Shown piece by piece: positions 14,085 to 28,623 of a DNA stretch of 64,000 nucleotides (position 1 is the stretch's first letter; every line of letters starts with the position of its first letter). The stretch spans positions 64,790,001-64,854,000 of the forward strand of contig NC_086380.1 in assembly GCF_036588685.1 (NCBI RefSeq). Reading direction: 5' to 3'. Origin of the DNA: Mytilus trossulus. Taxonomy: Eukaryota. A program made the translations under genes and the position numbers. The notes under the pieces were generated by a model. That model did no database searches. It had not been told where the DNA came from and was given only the letters and a program-made list of their open reading frames with translations.

Positions 14085-15790
14085 AGTGTAGCAAGCGGTG
14101 TTTTGACTTGAGCTTTTTGGAATTCGTACATTTCATGGTTCAATCTACCATTTTTTACCTGAGGAAATACAGATAGAAATTCCTGTACCATACCAGACGT
14201 GTTTGTCTCACTGTGATTAAGATTGTTTTTTTCAAGTAGGCTTTTATTGGTTTGAATTTTCATTTAATGTTTCTTGAGGTCTTATGTCAGATGTTTGGAC
14301 TCCTCGATGTTTTCCCTACGATACAAGGTAGACTGTTTTGCTCTATAAAACCCATTTATTTTCATATAAGATTTAATCCCTCTAAAACGGTCATTTATCA
14401 AAATTTAAGCCGATTCGATTCTGGTTTCCTTTCTTTTGATTTGAGACCAAAGTTATATCAATGCAGTTGAAACTATTTATTTACATAAAAACAAGACAAA
14501 TGTCATGCTCTGGAATCAAAAAATAATCTTAGCAAGATTAGTAATATTGATAAACATGTAGATCTCAAAGTATTAAAATGTTGCATTAAAATGTTAGCCG
14601 TCCCTTTCAGATAGAGTAATATGACTCAGCCAAATTATTTTCTTATAAAGCAGTTATAGTTATCAAAAGTACATGGCTAATGATTTGATACGCCAGACGT
14701 GCGTTGAGAATTGAGGGCCAAACATTCCAAAACCGTTGTGCCAAATACGACTAAGGTAATCTCTGCCTGTGATAGGAAGGTCCTTAGTATTTAGAAAAAA
14801 TCTTAAGTTTGTATACAGGAAATTTACTTAATAGAAATTACCATATAATTGATATTCATGTGAACTCCAAAGTTGATATACATGTGAGATCCATTTGGGA
14901 ATGAATCGTTTACCAGAAGTTTCATCGATCCAGTTGTGTAAATAGTTATCAAAGGTACCAGGATTATAATTTTAAGGATTATAATTTTAAATTACGCTTG
15001 ACTATAAGTGATTGATAAAAAAATGATTTTAATGCTGATCATTTTAATCCCAAAACCATCTGCCATCGAAAAGAGTAAAAGAAACTTCACATAATTGGTA
15101 TTCATGTCAACACCGAAGTGCTGACCAATGGGCTGGTGATACCCATAAAATATGTCAAAAATCAATACTTATAGATTTTGTTAACATTGTCATGTATGTA
15201 AATATTTCATTAGGGAAAACCGAACTTTCTGAAAGTTGTTTGTATACAAAAATAATGAAATGGGATATGATTGCTAATGGGACAACTATCTACTTAAGCT
15301 CAAATGAAGTGGATGTAAGTAATGAAAGGCATTTGTAATACGTTTAACAATGAATAAACCCAATACCGTATAATCGGCTAAAAATGTCCCCAATTGATGA
15401 TTATACGTTGTTGTTTCTTATAATTAGAGACAAATGAATAAACACATTCTTTTCTTCGATTTAAATTACTTTTTAATCAAAAAAGAAAGTACAATATCAT
15501 AAAAAAATAATTTGTGAAACCTTAGAAAATTTAGTGACGCAATCAGATATTTGACAATCTCTAGGTCTTCGACTCTTTTACAAACACAAAATTCAGCTAT
15601 CTATACGAAAGTTGCTGCCCTCATGAATATTAGCACGGACTGTTATCGATGGCTAATTGTACGCTAGGAAGTTTGTCTTAATGTTATTTGTGTTTTCATT
15701 GTTGTTTCATTTCTGTCTGGTGAACGAATACCTGAAACCTCTGTGTCATCATCAAACATATTAATGACTATGTATCAGGTATTTCAAATA

Positions 15791-15962
15791 TAAAAAAGAA
15801 GATGTTTTAAGATTGACAATGAGACAACTCTCTACAAGAGACCAAAATGACACCGAAATTAATAATTATAGGTAACCATGCGGCCAATGACCAAAGCCAA
15901 TACCGAATAGTCAGCTATAAAAAGCCCCGAAATGACAGGCTCTTGACTTGGGACAGGCACAT
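15791..15962 (+). repeat. Family A repeat (internally deleted)
   Basis: AAAAAAGAAGATG...GAGACAACTCTCTACAAGAGACC...GACTTGGGACAGGCAC. Confidence 0.75.
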
Positions 15963-17736
15963 GCATACTTGTTTCTTTGCAAGGAACGATTCTTCGTTAA
16001 TCTGAGCAAAGAACTAATACTTAATATCAAGTACTATAAATGTGGATACAGAAAATGAAAAACACAGCGAAATTTTTAATCCCGCATTGCACGTAAAAAT
16101 GTCTTGTATTTCAGTAAATAACACGTGTGTTGGTTGATTGTAACACGTAGTAGTCCATTATGCATTGCTACTCATTTAGTGAATTGTTCAAAAACCCAGT
16201 TAAATTGCGTCACACGTAAATAAACATTTACATGTGCGAGGACATTAGTATGCTCGGTCATGCATTTCCATATAAGGTAGTGATCCCGACCTGTTTAGAT
16301 AGGTTTACCTTGTAAAGGTCAATTTGCAATTTTGACGTTCTTCATTTTATACTATACTTGTTATTGATATTCAACTGATAAATAAGGACAAACTTACATA
16401 TAATGTTAAATTTTCTCGTGTGTTTTTCCAAAAATTGAGAATATGTAAATCTGTCTAGCATTGTAGTATCAAAGTATGAATACTACCTGACCAAAATAGA
16501 TAAAAAAAATTGCATGCGGCTCTCTTGAATTTTATCACCATGTTAACGTATTTTCCCCTTGGAAACAGAGTTATCATTTATTGAATTCTGCGGTATGGGG
16601 TATTCAATGTTCTCAATTAATTCCAAACCCTTATGAAAAGACATGCATTGAAGCATATATATAAGCTTTAAACTGCAATCGTGAAGTATTATTACAACAG
16701 TTGCCATGGTGACAAATATCACCCATAACAGTCAATCAAATGAGGTATAATATAGTTTATGTACAAAAATACATATAATTATGTTAGTAATGTTCGTTTT
16801 TCTAATGGGAATATAACTGCATGCTTTGCCTTGTTTCACTCTCAGTACTGCCATGACTTTCTTTGCTCATTGAAAAGACTTAACAAATTTTAATTTATAC
16901 ACTTGAATTTTCGGGGAGGAGTGGAGGTTGGGTAGTTTTTGTTTGAATCTTTCATAAATCAGGATCATGCACAGCATTAACTACCTCAGATATACTGCAA
17001 AGTTCAAATGTGCTCTTAACTGATCCTAGACTTTGAAAGGGTATAATTCCATATAATAAAAATAAACAGCTGCGCCATGAGCTTATGTTACGCCCTTCGC
17101 TTTTTCAAAGAATAATAAAAAACATAATAACTTCTCAATGTCATATAAAAAATTCATGAAAAACTAATGGGAGGTTATGTTGATAGATATAAACCTGGCG
17201 TCACCAAAGTTTCATAACTGCTCAAAGCATTGTCTGAAAACTGGAATATTCCCCTCTTTTATGATTAAAATCACATTTATCCGTGACCTAAAACGTAAAC
17301 AAATTAAAAGTGAACTCCCGTCAATAAATATAAACAATTTATTGAACGAAAAATGGAAAAAAATTGGGAGAGTTTAAGATTGCAAAGAGATTTTTTCCCC
17401 AGTTTATTTAACTTTCTAAATTGAGGTACATTTCTCATTGGTTCATCTTTCTTTAAGCATATTACCTAAGGGAGGAAAAGCAATACATCTATATTTAGTT
17501 ATGATTTTGAATACACCTTTTTGTATGTACACCAAAATGGAACTAGATTTGTAGGAGATGTAGGTTATAGTCAATAACACAGCAATCAAACGACAACGTA
17601 TGCCAGGCAACATAAAGATTTCAACAATACTAGTAGTTATAGGTGTTTACACGATATGTCAAATTCTTAATCATTACTAATTTATCTATATAAAGATTTA
17701 CTTGAGGATTAATTTATATATTGTTGGGATCCTGCA

Positions 17737-18045
17737 AACATATTTAATCCTGCCAAATTCTCTATGTATGTGCCTGTCCCAAGTCAGGAGCCTGTAACTC
17801 AGTGTTTTTTGTTTGTTTGTGTGTGTTACATATTTGTTTTTCGTTCACTATTTGTAAATAAATAGGTTTTCTTGTTTGAATTGATTTACATTGTCATTTC
17901 GGGACCTTTCATAGCTGACTTTGCGGCATGGGATTTGCCCAATGTTGAAGGCCGTATGATAACATTTAATTGTTAATTTCTGTGTCATTTTGGTCTCTTG
18001 TGAAGATTTGTTTCAATTTGGCAATTATACCACATCTTTTTTTTT
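17737..18045 (-). repeat. Family A repeat
   Basis: Reverse complement of the family A consensus including CCCAAGTCAGGAGCC. Confidence 0.75.
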
Positions 18046-18330
18046 TATTTCAATCGAAATGATAAAAAATAAATATATAAAAGTCGAAAAAATATTATAT
18101 GTTATGTATGACAGAAAAAAGGGGTCAGAAAGGTTTTCTTAAATATCAAATGGTTACTTTGATATTTCTTCACTTAACCATAAAAAAGAAGATGTGGTAT
18201 GATTGCCAATGAGACAACTATCCACAAAAGATCAAAATGACACAAACATTTACAATTATAGGTCACCGTACGGCCTTCAACAATGAGCAAAGCCCATACT
18301 CATTTAAGGTAAACTATACAGTTTTAAACT

Positions 18331-18461
18331 CAGTGGCAGATCCTGAACTTTGTGTAAAAAGGGGGGTGCTGCAGTCACACTTCAGTGATTACCTTTATGA
18401 TCAACCAAATTTTCCCCACGAAAGGGGGGGGGGGGGGCTGTCCACTCAGGATCCGCCTATG
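18331..18461. mobile_element. Short GC-rich MITE with 5-bp TSD
   Basis: CAGTGGCAGATCC...GGATCCGCCTATG flanked by AAACT on both sides (18326-30, 18462-66). Confidence 0.7.
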
Positions 18462-18489
18462 AAACTGATCTGGTTCTCAGTTTTAACAA

Positions 18490-19812
18490 TTTCTATACGA
18501 CCGCAAAATTTGAAAAATTTTCGTCGTATATTGCTATCACGTTGGCGTCGTCGTCTGCGTCGTCGTCGTCCGAATACTTTTAGTTTTCGCACTCTTACTT
18601 TAGTAAAAGTGAATTGAAATTTTAACACAAGGTTTATGACCACAAAAGGAAGGTTGGGATTGATTATGGGAGTTTTTATCTCAACATTTTAGGAATGAGG
18701 GGCCAAAAAGGGCCTAAATAAGCATATTCTTTTTTTTCGCACAGTAACTTTAGTTTAAGTAAATAGAAATCTATGAAATTTTGACACAAGGTTTATAACC
18801 ACAAAAGAAAGGTTGGGATTGATTTTGGGAGTTTTGGTTCTAACAGTTTAAGAATTAGGGGCCAAAAAGGTGTCCAAATAAGCATTTTTCTTGGTTTTTA
18901 AGTAATTAGAAATCAATTGGAGTTATCTTTCTTTGTATAGAATAGTAGTTAAATCAACTTTTTTGCACCATAACTTTAGTGTAAGTGAATGGAAATCTAT
19001 GAAATTAAATCAGAAGGTGTATGACCATAAGAGGAAGGTTGGTATTGGTTTTGGGAGTTTTGGTCCTAACAGTTTAGGAATAAAGGTCCCAAAGGGTCCA
19101 AAATTAAACTTTGTTTGATTTCATCAAAAAATGAATAATTGGGGTTCTTTGATATGCCGAATCTAACTGTGTATGTAGATTCTTAATTTTTGGTCTCGTT
19201 TTCAAATTGGTCTACATTAAGGTCCAAAGGGTCCAAAATTAAACTTTGTTTGATTTTGACAAAAATTGAATCCTTGGGGTTCTTTGATATGCTGAATCCA
19301 AACATGTACTTAGATTTTTGATTATGGGCCCAGTTTTCAAGTTGGTCCAAATCAGGATCTAATCTTTACCATTGAGTGCACGTGATAACAAGCACATTTT
19401 TACATTTTAATATTTTATGATGTACTTAAATGAGTAATTATTGTTGCAAACTCCATTAAATTTTTTAATTGAGATCAGTTTTGGAATAAAGAATAGGGGG
19501 ATGTGAAAAAAAATGGGGGGGGGGTCAATTTTTCTCATTTGAAATTTCATAAATAAAAAGAAATTTCTTCCAAATTTATTTTAAGAGGATTAATATTCAA
19601 CAGCATAGTGAATTGCTCTAAGGCAAAACAAAAAAATTAAGTTCATTAGACCACATTCATTCTGTGTCAGAAACCTATGCTGTGTCAACTATTTAATCAC
19701 AATCCAAATTTAGAGCTGTATCCAGCTTGAATGTTGTGTCCATACTTGCCCTAACCATTCAGGGTTCAACCTCTGCGGTCGTATAAAGCTGCGCCCTGCG
19801 GAGCATCTGGTT
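18490..19812 (+). mobile_element. Non-autonomous Helentron-type element (HINE) with microsatellite and internal tandem repeats
   Basis: Perfect 12-bp sub-TIRs TATACGACCGCA (18494-18505) / TGCGGTCGTATA (19774-85). (CGT)n microsatellite ~18546-18570. Three ~150-230-bp units containing GACCACAAAAGGAAGGTTGGGATTGATT. GC-rich 3' end then TT. Confidence 0.78.
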
Positions 19813-21585
19813 ACAGTATCAAACAAAGAAAAGTAACGTAAACGGGCATGACTCGGGAACAGTTAAGTGACGCCATCTAAGTAAATTCAAACTTGATCTC
19901 TGTTTTGTGGTAATAAGCATTGTGTATATGTTTTATAACATTTGGTTGAGGCAAACTAAAATTAGGAAATGGAAACTAACTTCGTGACGACAGTATCAAA
20001 CAAAGAAAAGTAATGCAAAACGGGCACTACTCGGGAACAGTTAAAGTGACGTCAATTAAATTCAAATTGATCTCTGTTTTGTAGTTATAAGCATTATGTA
20101 CAAAATGATGTATATGTTTCATAACATTTGGTTGAGGCAAACTAAAATTAGAAAATGGAAACCAACATCGTGACGACTAAATTGCTGACGGACATGGGTG
20201 AAACTCATGATAGGAGACAAATCTTCACAAGAAATGAATTGAAACAGAAATAAATAAACATAAGTCACCCTACGGCCTTCAACAGTAAGTAAAGCACATA
20301 CCACATAGTACCATATGAAGGCTTTGTAAACAGATATCAAACTAGTTGAAAAAAATACTTAAAATAAAAAGATCATGATTGTTTAATCAGTAACTGTTAT
20401 GTGATTTATTCGGCATATCAAAGAAAAACGGGCACTTGTCTAAATGGTGTATTCCTCCTATTCACACTTTTAAAAATCACTATTCCTAAAACATGGACCA
20501 TAAACAGATACGTAAAATCCGTGTACGTTAACATAGAACTACTGAGCGAAGAAGCTCTTTCCATGTTATTTCTTCAACAAAACACTTGAAATGAACATTA
20601 GATACAGGCATTAATGATAGTTTTAGCATTTTTGAAGAAATGTAGGATGCATAATTGAATTTCCCACCTGTGCACATGCGCACACGTGTTCTTGTTCATA
20701 CAACGTAGTTCTGACGATTTTTCATTTAAAACCTTTTTAAATGATTTATCAAATCATGTTTATAAATGTATTTATTATATATTTTAAATCAATTAGATAC
20801 AAGCTGCTGAAATGTACGAACATAATTGGGAATGGACCGATTAATTTATACAATGTCCGGTACTGAAAATAGTTTACCTGTCACCTGAACAGGTAGTTAT
20901 TAGCTGTCCAACAACTAATTAGCCTTGATTAAAATTAGAAAGTACTAAAGTAGGGGTTGTTTTGATAGTAATTAATCATCATGTCACTTTTATGACCGGA
21001 AATGTATGGCTGTTAAAGGCAAAATGTTGGGTCAAAAAGATCGTGAATTTATATGTTAAAATGACCGAAAAAGCCTTTGATACTAAAAAGTATATGACCG
21101 TTTCATGCTTTGCCCAGCCGGTCTTTTACAGGACATTATACAAATGACCGGAATATATGACCGTTTTGGAAGCCTTGCATAGTAGCACATTCACCGTTTA
21201 CAAGTTTTGTAGTTTGTCCAGGAAGGAAGTCTATCTTCTCCTTTTTATGTTTCCGAACGGGTGCTTTTATAGTTAAGAGTTCTCATCTTTATGTAAGATG
21301 TTGTCTTCAGTTTCAATAACACATAATTATCATATATGTACATTCAAATCTTTATAATTTACCAGGTAAATTTGCGGAAAAGTAATAAATACAAATTGCG
21401 GAAACGTAAACTTTAAATTTGCGGAAACGTAGTATTGGGACTTTGAAAAATTAGCGGAAATGCAATACGCCCCCTTCAATAGGTTTTATTAATTATAAAT
21501 TGGTTTTATAACAATCAAGGTTAATTGAAAATTCACCTGAGATTTACCTATATTTTTTAAAAGAAAATATAGTTGATACACTGTT

Positions 21586-21758
21586 CAGTGGAGGATCCAG
21601 AAAGAAAAGGGGTGGTGTTGGTGGGGAGTTGCGGTTCCTGGAGTTTAATACCCCCCCTTTTTTGGAAGATCAATGCATTTGAATGAGAGCATATATTTGG
21701 ACCCCCCCTTTTACTCTGGATTGGGCCCCCCTTTTTCAAATGGCTGGAACAGCCACTG
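21586..21758. mobile_element. Short GC-rich MITE with 5-bp TSD
   Basis: CAGTGGAGGATCCAG...CTGGAACAGCCACTG flanked by CTGTT on both sides (21581-85, 21759-63). Confidence 0.72.
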
Positions 21759-22581
21759 CTGTTTAAGTGTATTAATTTAATAAAAATTTGATACACTGTT
21801 TATTTGCAAACTGTTTTTTTTTTCTTCAAACCGTATCTTAAAATAGAGAATAAGTCAGATAGACAGAGGTATACGTAATAAATTATTAAAAAATCATTGA
21901 ATTTGTTAATCTAAAATTAGAAATGCAGCATACATAATAATTTATCAACACAAACCACTGTTGTTTCCAATACACACGAAGCATCTTGAGAAAAGCAAAA
22001 GGAACAGGAATTTAGGTTTAGCTATATGTCACTGTACTGCCTTCAACAATGAGCAAATCACATACTGCATAGTCAGCTACAAAGGGCCCCAAAATCACAA
22101 ATGAACAAATATATTGTTTAAATGTAACACAGCAACAAATGACAACCACTGTATTACAGGCTCCTGACTTGGGAAATGTACACACATACAGAATGTGGCA
22201 AGGTGAAACATGAACACAAAGTGGAAATGACCTGCTACTTGTACATACCAACAACAAAAAGACACTAAGAACACATCTGGAGTACTTGCAGTTACTGAAA
22301 GCTAATTTAAAGCCAAAACAACACATAAAAAAATTACACAACTAATTAGACTGCATGCTCTTCACTGACTATGAAACAAAATACTGATGGGATCATTACA
22401 TAATACTGGGACTGAGACTACACATCATCTTAAGGAATGGCAAAGCAAGTCAACGAAACATTCCAGTACTCGCGACCTAACATTTAAACAAATAAAACGA
22501 CTGAAACATGAGGAATCTAGGCCTCAGCCATGATTAACTATGCAGCATTAATGCCCCACCAAGAAGTAACAACAGTACAGT

Positions 22582-23160
22582 TTAAAAAACATTGGCCAAT
22601 TAAAAGTTGATTAAGTATAATCCTTTGTTTGCATAAGTTTTCCTCCTATTCCCACATGAAATTTTCACTTTTCTTACCAGACTTACAAAAAAGTGGGAAT
22701 AGAAGGAATGAACCATTTAAATGATGTTAATTCACGTTGAATAGATAAATAAACTTTAATAGGCTAATATATACTGTGGATTTCTCTGTGTGTGCTACAA
22801 TGTGTGATTTGCTGTAGTGCTGTTTTTTGTATTGTTTGTTTCATATTATAATGCTTGCGTGACTTTACTTTTGAATTTGTGTTATAAAAGAAATAGTAGA
22901 TAATTTGCTTTATTTCTTTATTCCGATTGTTTTATGCTATATGGTCACGTTTTTGTCTCTTTCACTTATTCAGAATTTCCATTCTCAATTTCATTCTATT
23001 TCTTTCATTTTTTTAAAAACATCGGCCAATTAAAAGTTGTTTAAGTATAATCCTTTGTTTGCATAAGTTTTCCTCCTATTCCCACATGAAATTTTCACTT
23101 TTCTTACCAGATTTACAAAAAAGTGGGAATAGAAGGAATGGACCATTTAAATAATGTTGA
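22582..23160. repeat. ~145-bp direct repeat pair (~22582-22728 and ~23012-23158), each with an internal hairpin
   Basis: GGCCAATTAAAAGTTG...TTCCTCCTATTCCCAC...GTGGGAATAGAAGGAA occurs twice, ~430 bp apart. Confidence 0.85.
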
Positions 23161-25567
23161 ATATCTATTTATTTAAGATTATTTTTCTTTAAATTTGAAT
23201 TGTTTGCATTAAATATCTATATCTCTGCCATAATATGTAAAAATAATATACACAACAGCACTCCTTCTAGTCCTTAGTGGCATTGTGTAGGTCTTTAGTG
23301 CACGAAGGAGTCCTTAGCAGTGTTAAGACGCACCGTTTACTTTTACGATTCAAGATGGAGATATTGAGAAAAATCCAGGAATACATTTTTTTTAGAAAAC
23401 CATGTACCAAATTCAGCAGTCCGACATTATTAACTCTGTCTCTCCATCTAAAATTTCTATGCCATACTTTGTTATTACAATAAACAAATGACCCTTTCAT
23501 GAAATCAAGAGATATGAGTTGTAAATATAGAGAAATATAATTTTTGTTGATTATGGTTGAAAGAAGTCCATTTACAGGGCTGCAAAACAGATATTATAAG
23601 GTTCATAATGGTTTGCATCAAATCCATGGTAACCAAAAGCAGATCAAGTGTAAATTAACTATCTAACTGTTGAGTATATTATTCAAATTCCATTATTTAT
23701 ATGTATCCAATACCTAGAAAACCATGTATTTGATGCTGATTCTGAATTAATTTAGCAATTTTAAACCGGGTGCTAGGGCTTTCTTTTGGTTGCTATCGTC
23801 TTTCAGCCACTTATATTTAAGCTTATATAATTTTTTTTATAATTTTTAAACAAATCATAAGTTTTATTGTCTGTTAAAGTACATTAGTAAACAAAATAGC
23901 AAAAATTTTGATAATGAACAAGTATTCTGTTTTGTCATTTTTATGAATTTTATCAATTTTTGTTGCCATGGTTACAAAAAATTTCAAAAAAAACCAGATG
24001 TTTTTTTCCTGTTTTTAATAATTCAATGTACAAACTTTAAGATGCAACCATAGTTTATAATGACCTTGTCTGCTCAATGTCAGTTTTTCTTCATTTAAAG
24101 TATGATATTTAAGCTATTTTCAGAAAATGTCAAAATACAGATTTTTGCACCTTTTTAAATACCATTTTAGCCTAATATCCAAAAAAAAATTCACAAACTC
24201 AACATCAAAATATAAACTTCAAATAATGCCTAATTATATGATGAATTTTTTTTTTTCTTGAAATTGTCATTATCATGAAATTGCTGCAACCAAAAAGTAG
24301 ACATTTTCCAATTTTCATGCCTGATTTCATCATAAATTCCTCAAAAAAATGGCTGCATGTTTCCATAGCAACCGTTCAAGAAAATTAAAAAAAAAAAATC
24401 GCAAACTTTATTTCAATCTCAACCGCCTATTATATAAAAGAATAAAGCAGTTCTGAGACATATGATGAATCACCCCCTGTCTTGATCTTACAAATAGCTG
24501 TACTTAATAAGTTTGATTGATTCAATTTGACTAATCAAATGTCATGTAAAGAAGTTTTCTTTTTAAAATGGACACGTTTAATGGTTTCTACCGTTCGAAG
24601 CGCTTTTCTGAATTAACCTTCTTCAGGAACGTTCAAAGCTAAACATTTGGAATCCGAGGTATGTATAAGTACCGAAACATTTGAAGAGCTATATGACAAC
24701 AATAACTAAACTAAATAGCCAAATTAATCTAAGGTCAACTTTGCCTGAGGGAGATAAAACCTTGATTATGTATGCTTTATTGGTTAAAGCTTCATATTTT
24801 TATATAATAGAGTCTAAAAGTTGCATATATATTAACAAAGCAATTTCCCATAGCAACGAATTAAACTGTACCACTTTTAAGTAGTTTTGAAAAAAAAAAT
24901 CTTTTTTTAAGTTCATATCTATTACTTCAAAAGTCATTATATAGGGCTGTGATGCATATTTGTAACGTTAAAATGCCCCAAAGTCTTTGAGCTTAAACGT
25001 ATATACTGTACTACCCCTAACTTGAAGATAGGTCTTATACAGATAAGGTTATAATGTAAGGCAAATCATTTGAAATAAAATATAAAGACTACTATGGAGG
25101 GGGCAACTTAGATTTTGTACGAAGGAGTTCAAGGAAGACGGTATTACTAATAAAATTGAGAAAGGAAATGGTGAATATGTCAAAGCGACAACCACGTCCC
25201 GACCATAGAGCAAACAACAGCCGAAGGCATTTAGATTTATCCTGTAATTGATTTGATCTATATGGAAGCTCTGAAATTAAACGTTTGAATATAAATAAAA
25301 CGTATGGATCTTGTTTTATTCTCATAAAAAAAAGTAAATAGTACATGTTTTATAAATACATTTTTACTATAATACAGTGAAAGAACACGTTCCGTTCCAT
25401 TTGCATAATCGATGAAAATGTATGAAATTGATAAAAAAAAGTTTGTCGGCCTTCAGAATAAGGAGAAGTTGTTTCAGATAACTTACCTTTTTTCAGTTTA
25501 AGAGCTAATTGAATGTTCACAATGGTTATCGCTGCCTGTTTTGTAAAGTTCTGTATGAGCATTGTTG

Positions 25568-25875
25568 TTTTTCACTCGGTACATCTCTTTATTGTCAACT
25601 CCTAACAAACAATATTAAAGCTTTTTTTTTAAACTAAAATCACTAATATATTTAACATTTTTTTCTGATGCAATGAACTATATAAGTAGCATTTACGCAA
25701 TGTCTTTATGAATTGAGTTTAATTTTCACTCGGTACATCTTTCTATTGTCAACTCCTAACAAACAATGTTAAAGCTTATTTAACTAAAATCTCTTAAATA
25801 TTTCAACATTTTTTTTTCTGATGCAATGAACTATAAAAGTGGCATTTACGCAATATCTTTATGAATTGAGTTTAA
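25568..25875. repeat. Tandem duplication, 2 x ~155 bp
   Basis: TTTTCACTCGGTACATCT...TCTTTATGAATTGAGTTTAA occurs twice. Confidence 0.85.
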
Positions 25876-28623
25876 AAGTCACCAACAATAAAGAACTAGG
25901 AGACCCGATATTTCATTATTCTATATTTGCTTCATGAAAAATTGTGTCTAATTTTAAACGCCACTTTGAATTGCCATATGCAGAAATTATGAGACTACAA
26001 TTCATTTCCACTTTCTGGTGTTGTCATATTCCTTATAGCTTTCAACGTTTTGAGACCTTTTTGTGTACCGTTGAAGGATTAATAGGAAACATCGTAATTA
26101 ATGATAATTTTATGTATCAATTGATTGTTTCGTTGTTAACAATTTCCCTATGATAAAAGACAGGGCTTACTTCAGACCACATTATGGTCTTGTAATTCAC
26201 TTGTATCATAAAATCAAAATGGCCATAATTTGGTTCTTTAATCAATCTATACCACAACCCTTTCTACTATGTTTATCAAATCCCTTAACTCGAGTACGGT
26301 CTCAGCTTTAAAGTCTATATTTGTCTGTAGCCAAACGTTGAAAATGGTGATATTGAATTCCTGAACACAAAAAAGCTGGATCATATGTAGCGGCCATGCA
26401 AAGACAATTAAGTTGACAACAGTTATAATTATTAAAAAACTTAACCACAAACTGACGTTTCGACTAACATGAGGCATACTGGAGGGTTCAATCCTTCTTC
26501 GCTATTAATGTGATATGCATGAAGAAGTTATTTTGTAAAATTCAGAATGGAAATGGGGAATGTATCAAAGAGACAACAACCCGACCATAGAAAAAACAAC
26601 AGCAGAATTTATATAGATATATCACAACTTTTCTATGGAAATGTGTAATATAATGGCCTGATTTTTTAAAAACCGATCAAATTCTTAGGAAAAATTTTCT
26701 CTTCGTGAATTTTCTCTTTCCCTGGATATCCTTTTTTTTGGTTTCCAGTAAGCTAACTAAAGCTCATTGTTTTAGCAGAACCTATCTAAGATTAAAACTT
26801 GCACATGATATATTAGACCACACAAGACCTATTATTCCTATAGTAAATACTGTACAATACATGTACATGTTTACATAATTTATTAACTTTGGCGGTTGTT
26901 TCTTGCACCTTTACATATCATCATAAGCTTCAACATTATCATTTTTTTAAGAAATAATCTATTAGAATTTCTGTTAAAGTGATCGTCTATGGTACATTTC
27001 CAGTTCAATTGCAAAGAGGGGAGCATCTTATTTTGAATATTGTAAGATCTAGTTTTATTTCATCTAACAAAGTCATACATTCAAAACCTTTAGTCATCAT
27101 TGTACATTCAAAATATTCGTTATACACTGTAAAACATATCAAAGTACTTTTATTTTCATCATGAAGTAGTTATGTAGTAACATATTTCAATGAAATCAAA
27201 TCAAAGCGTGCAACCTACAATTAAAGAAGTCGAAATTCCACAATAGAAACAATTTAACTAAGATTGTTAATAGGCGAAAAGGGAAGTATATCTTCTACAG
27301 ATGCCAATTGTCAAATGTCTAACTGTACACTTAAAATAGGAGAAGGAACGAGGAACAAGGATGTATAAATGTAGGTCTCTGTACGGCTTTTTTATTTATA
27401 AGGTCAAGATTATAGTCTTTTTTATGAACTAAGGTTTGAATCACAACCCCTATTGTCAGTTATTATGCGTGTTGACATGATGTATAACTGATATGGCCTT
27501 GATTATATAAATTAACTGTTTATTGAATTGAAATTTAAATTTGCACATTCTGAGGATTTTCTACCCAAGGAATACATTAACTTCTGCATTTGACAGAACA
27601 ATTATGAAGAGAGGCACATGTGTGCCCAATTAGAGAACTAATCACTAGAGTAACAGTTAAATCAATCAAAAATTAGATTGATAAACTAGGAAAATAATGA
27701 TTCTATAAAAGTATGTTGAATGGAATACTCATTGTACAAATATTCCTGAGTGTAGCGTTGTTGGTAACATTTTTTTAATGCAACTACTTCTTCTATTATC
27801 ATTCCTACTAAACGATTTATTTAGTGAAATACGAACGCTGCAAATGTACCATTATTTCCCGCGATAAAAGTCGGCTCAGTTGTCAATTCTTCGGTAACGA
27901 TATAATTTTTAAAAATAACTTTTCTAAAGTGTCCGTTTATTTATTTATAAATTGATAAGAAACAAAGGATAACTCCATCATGCCATGTTGACCTTAGATG
28001 GATTTTGGTACTTAGTCTTATATTCATGTCTTTTTAGTCATATAGCCATGCGCATGTTTTGGTTCTTGTCTTCCAGGCACTCGTCAAGAGTGTTCTAGAT
28101 ATGGTTAGATCCGGATGTCTGAAATTAAGGAAGTATGGTTTAATTTCATTGAGACGCTCCAGTCAATGCATAAAATATTGTTAGAAGAACTGAAATTACT
28201 AATGCATTTCAAAGGTTAAGAGCTCACTTGTATCCCTGACCCCGACTATCGATATTAATAAGGAGATAGGGACGACCAATACATCTCTAAAATCGTGGTG
28301 TCCATTTAAATGAAAAAGATTGTTAACCAAGAACACTGAATACAAAATTATGCATACCTGAACACTTTTGTTCTGTTTACCTTATTTGTCATCTTCCCAT
28401 GATTGAAGGGTTGTATTGTGACGTAAAATTATGCTTTATTTTGTTTTTGTGTAATTTATAAATATATGGTATAGATTATTGATGCTCTAAATTATATAAA
28501 AAGTTTTGACATGACTTTTTGACAAACAATGTTGTAAACTATATACATCTAACTATTCCTTATATTATTATAGATTATTAGTATCAATATTCTTTATTAA
28601 GAATGGAAATTGAGTTGCTTAAT

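Noticed and set aside
17737-18302. Single TIR element formed by inverted family A sequences
   Set aside because: Two head-to-head copies of a very abundant repeat; no TSD seen.
18237-18643. 126-aa and 65-aa Arg-rich ORFs
   Set aside because: They read across three adjacent repeats; the poly-Arg comes from the (CGT)n microsatellite.
23267-23500. Overlapping opposite-strand ORFs
   Set aside because: No recognisable motifs or phase-compatible neighbouring exons.
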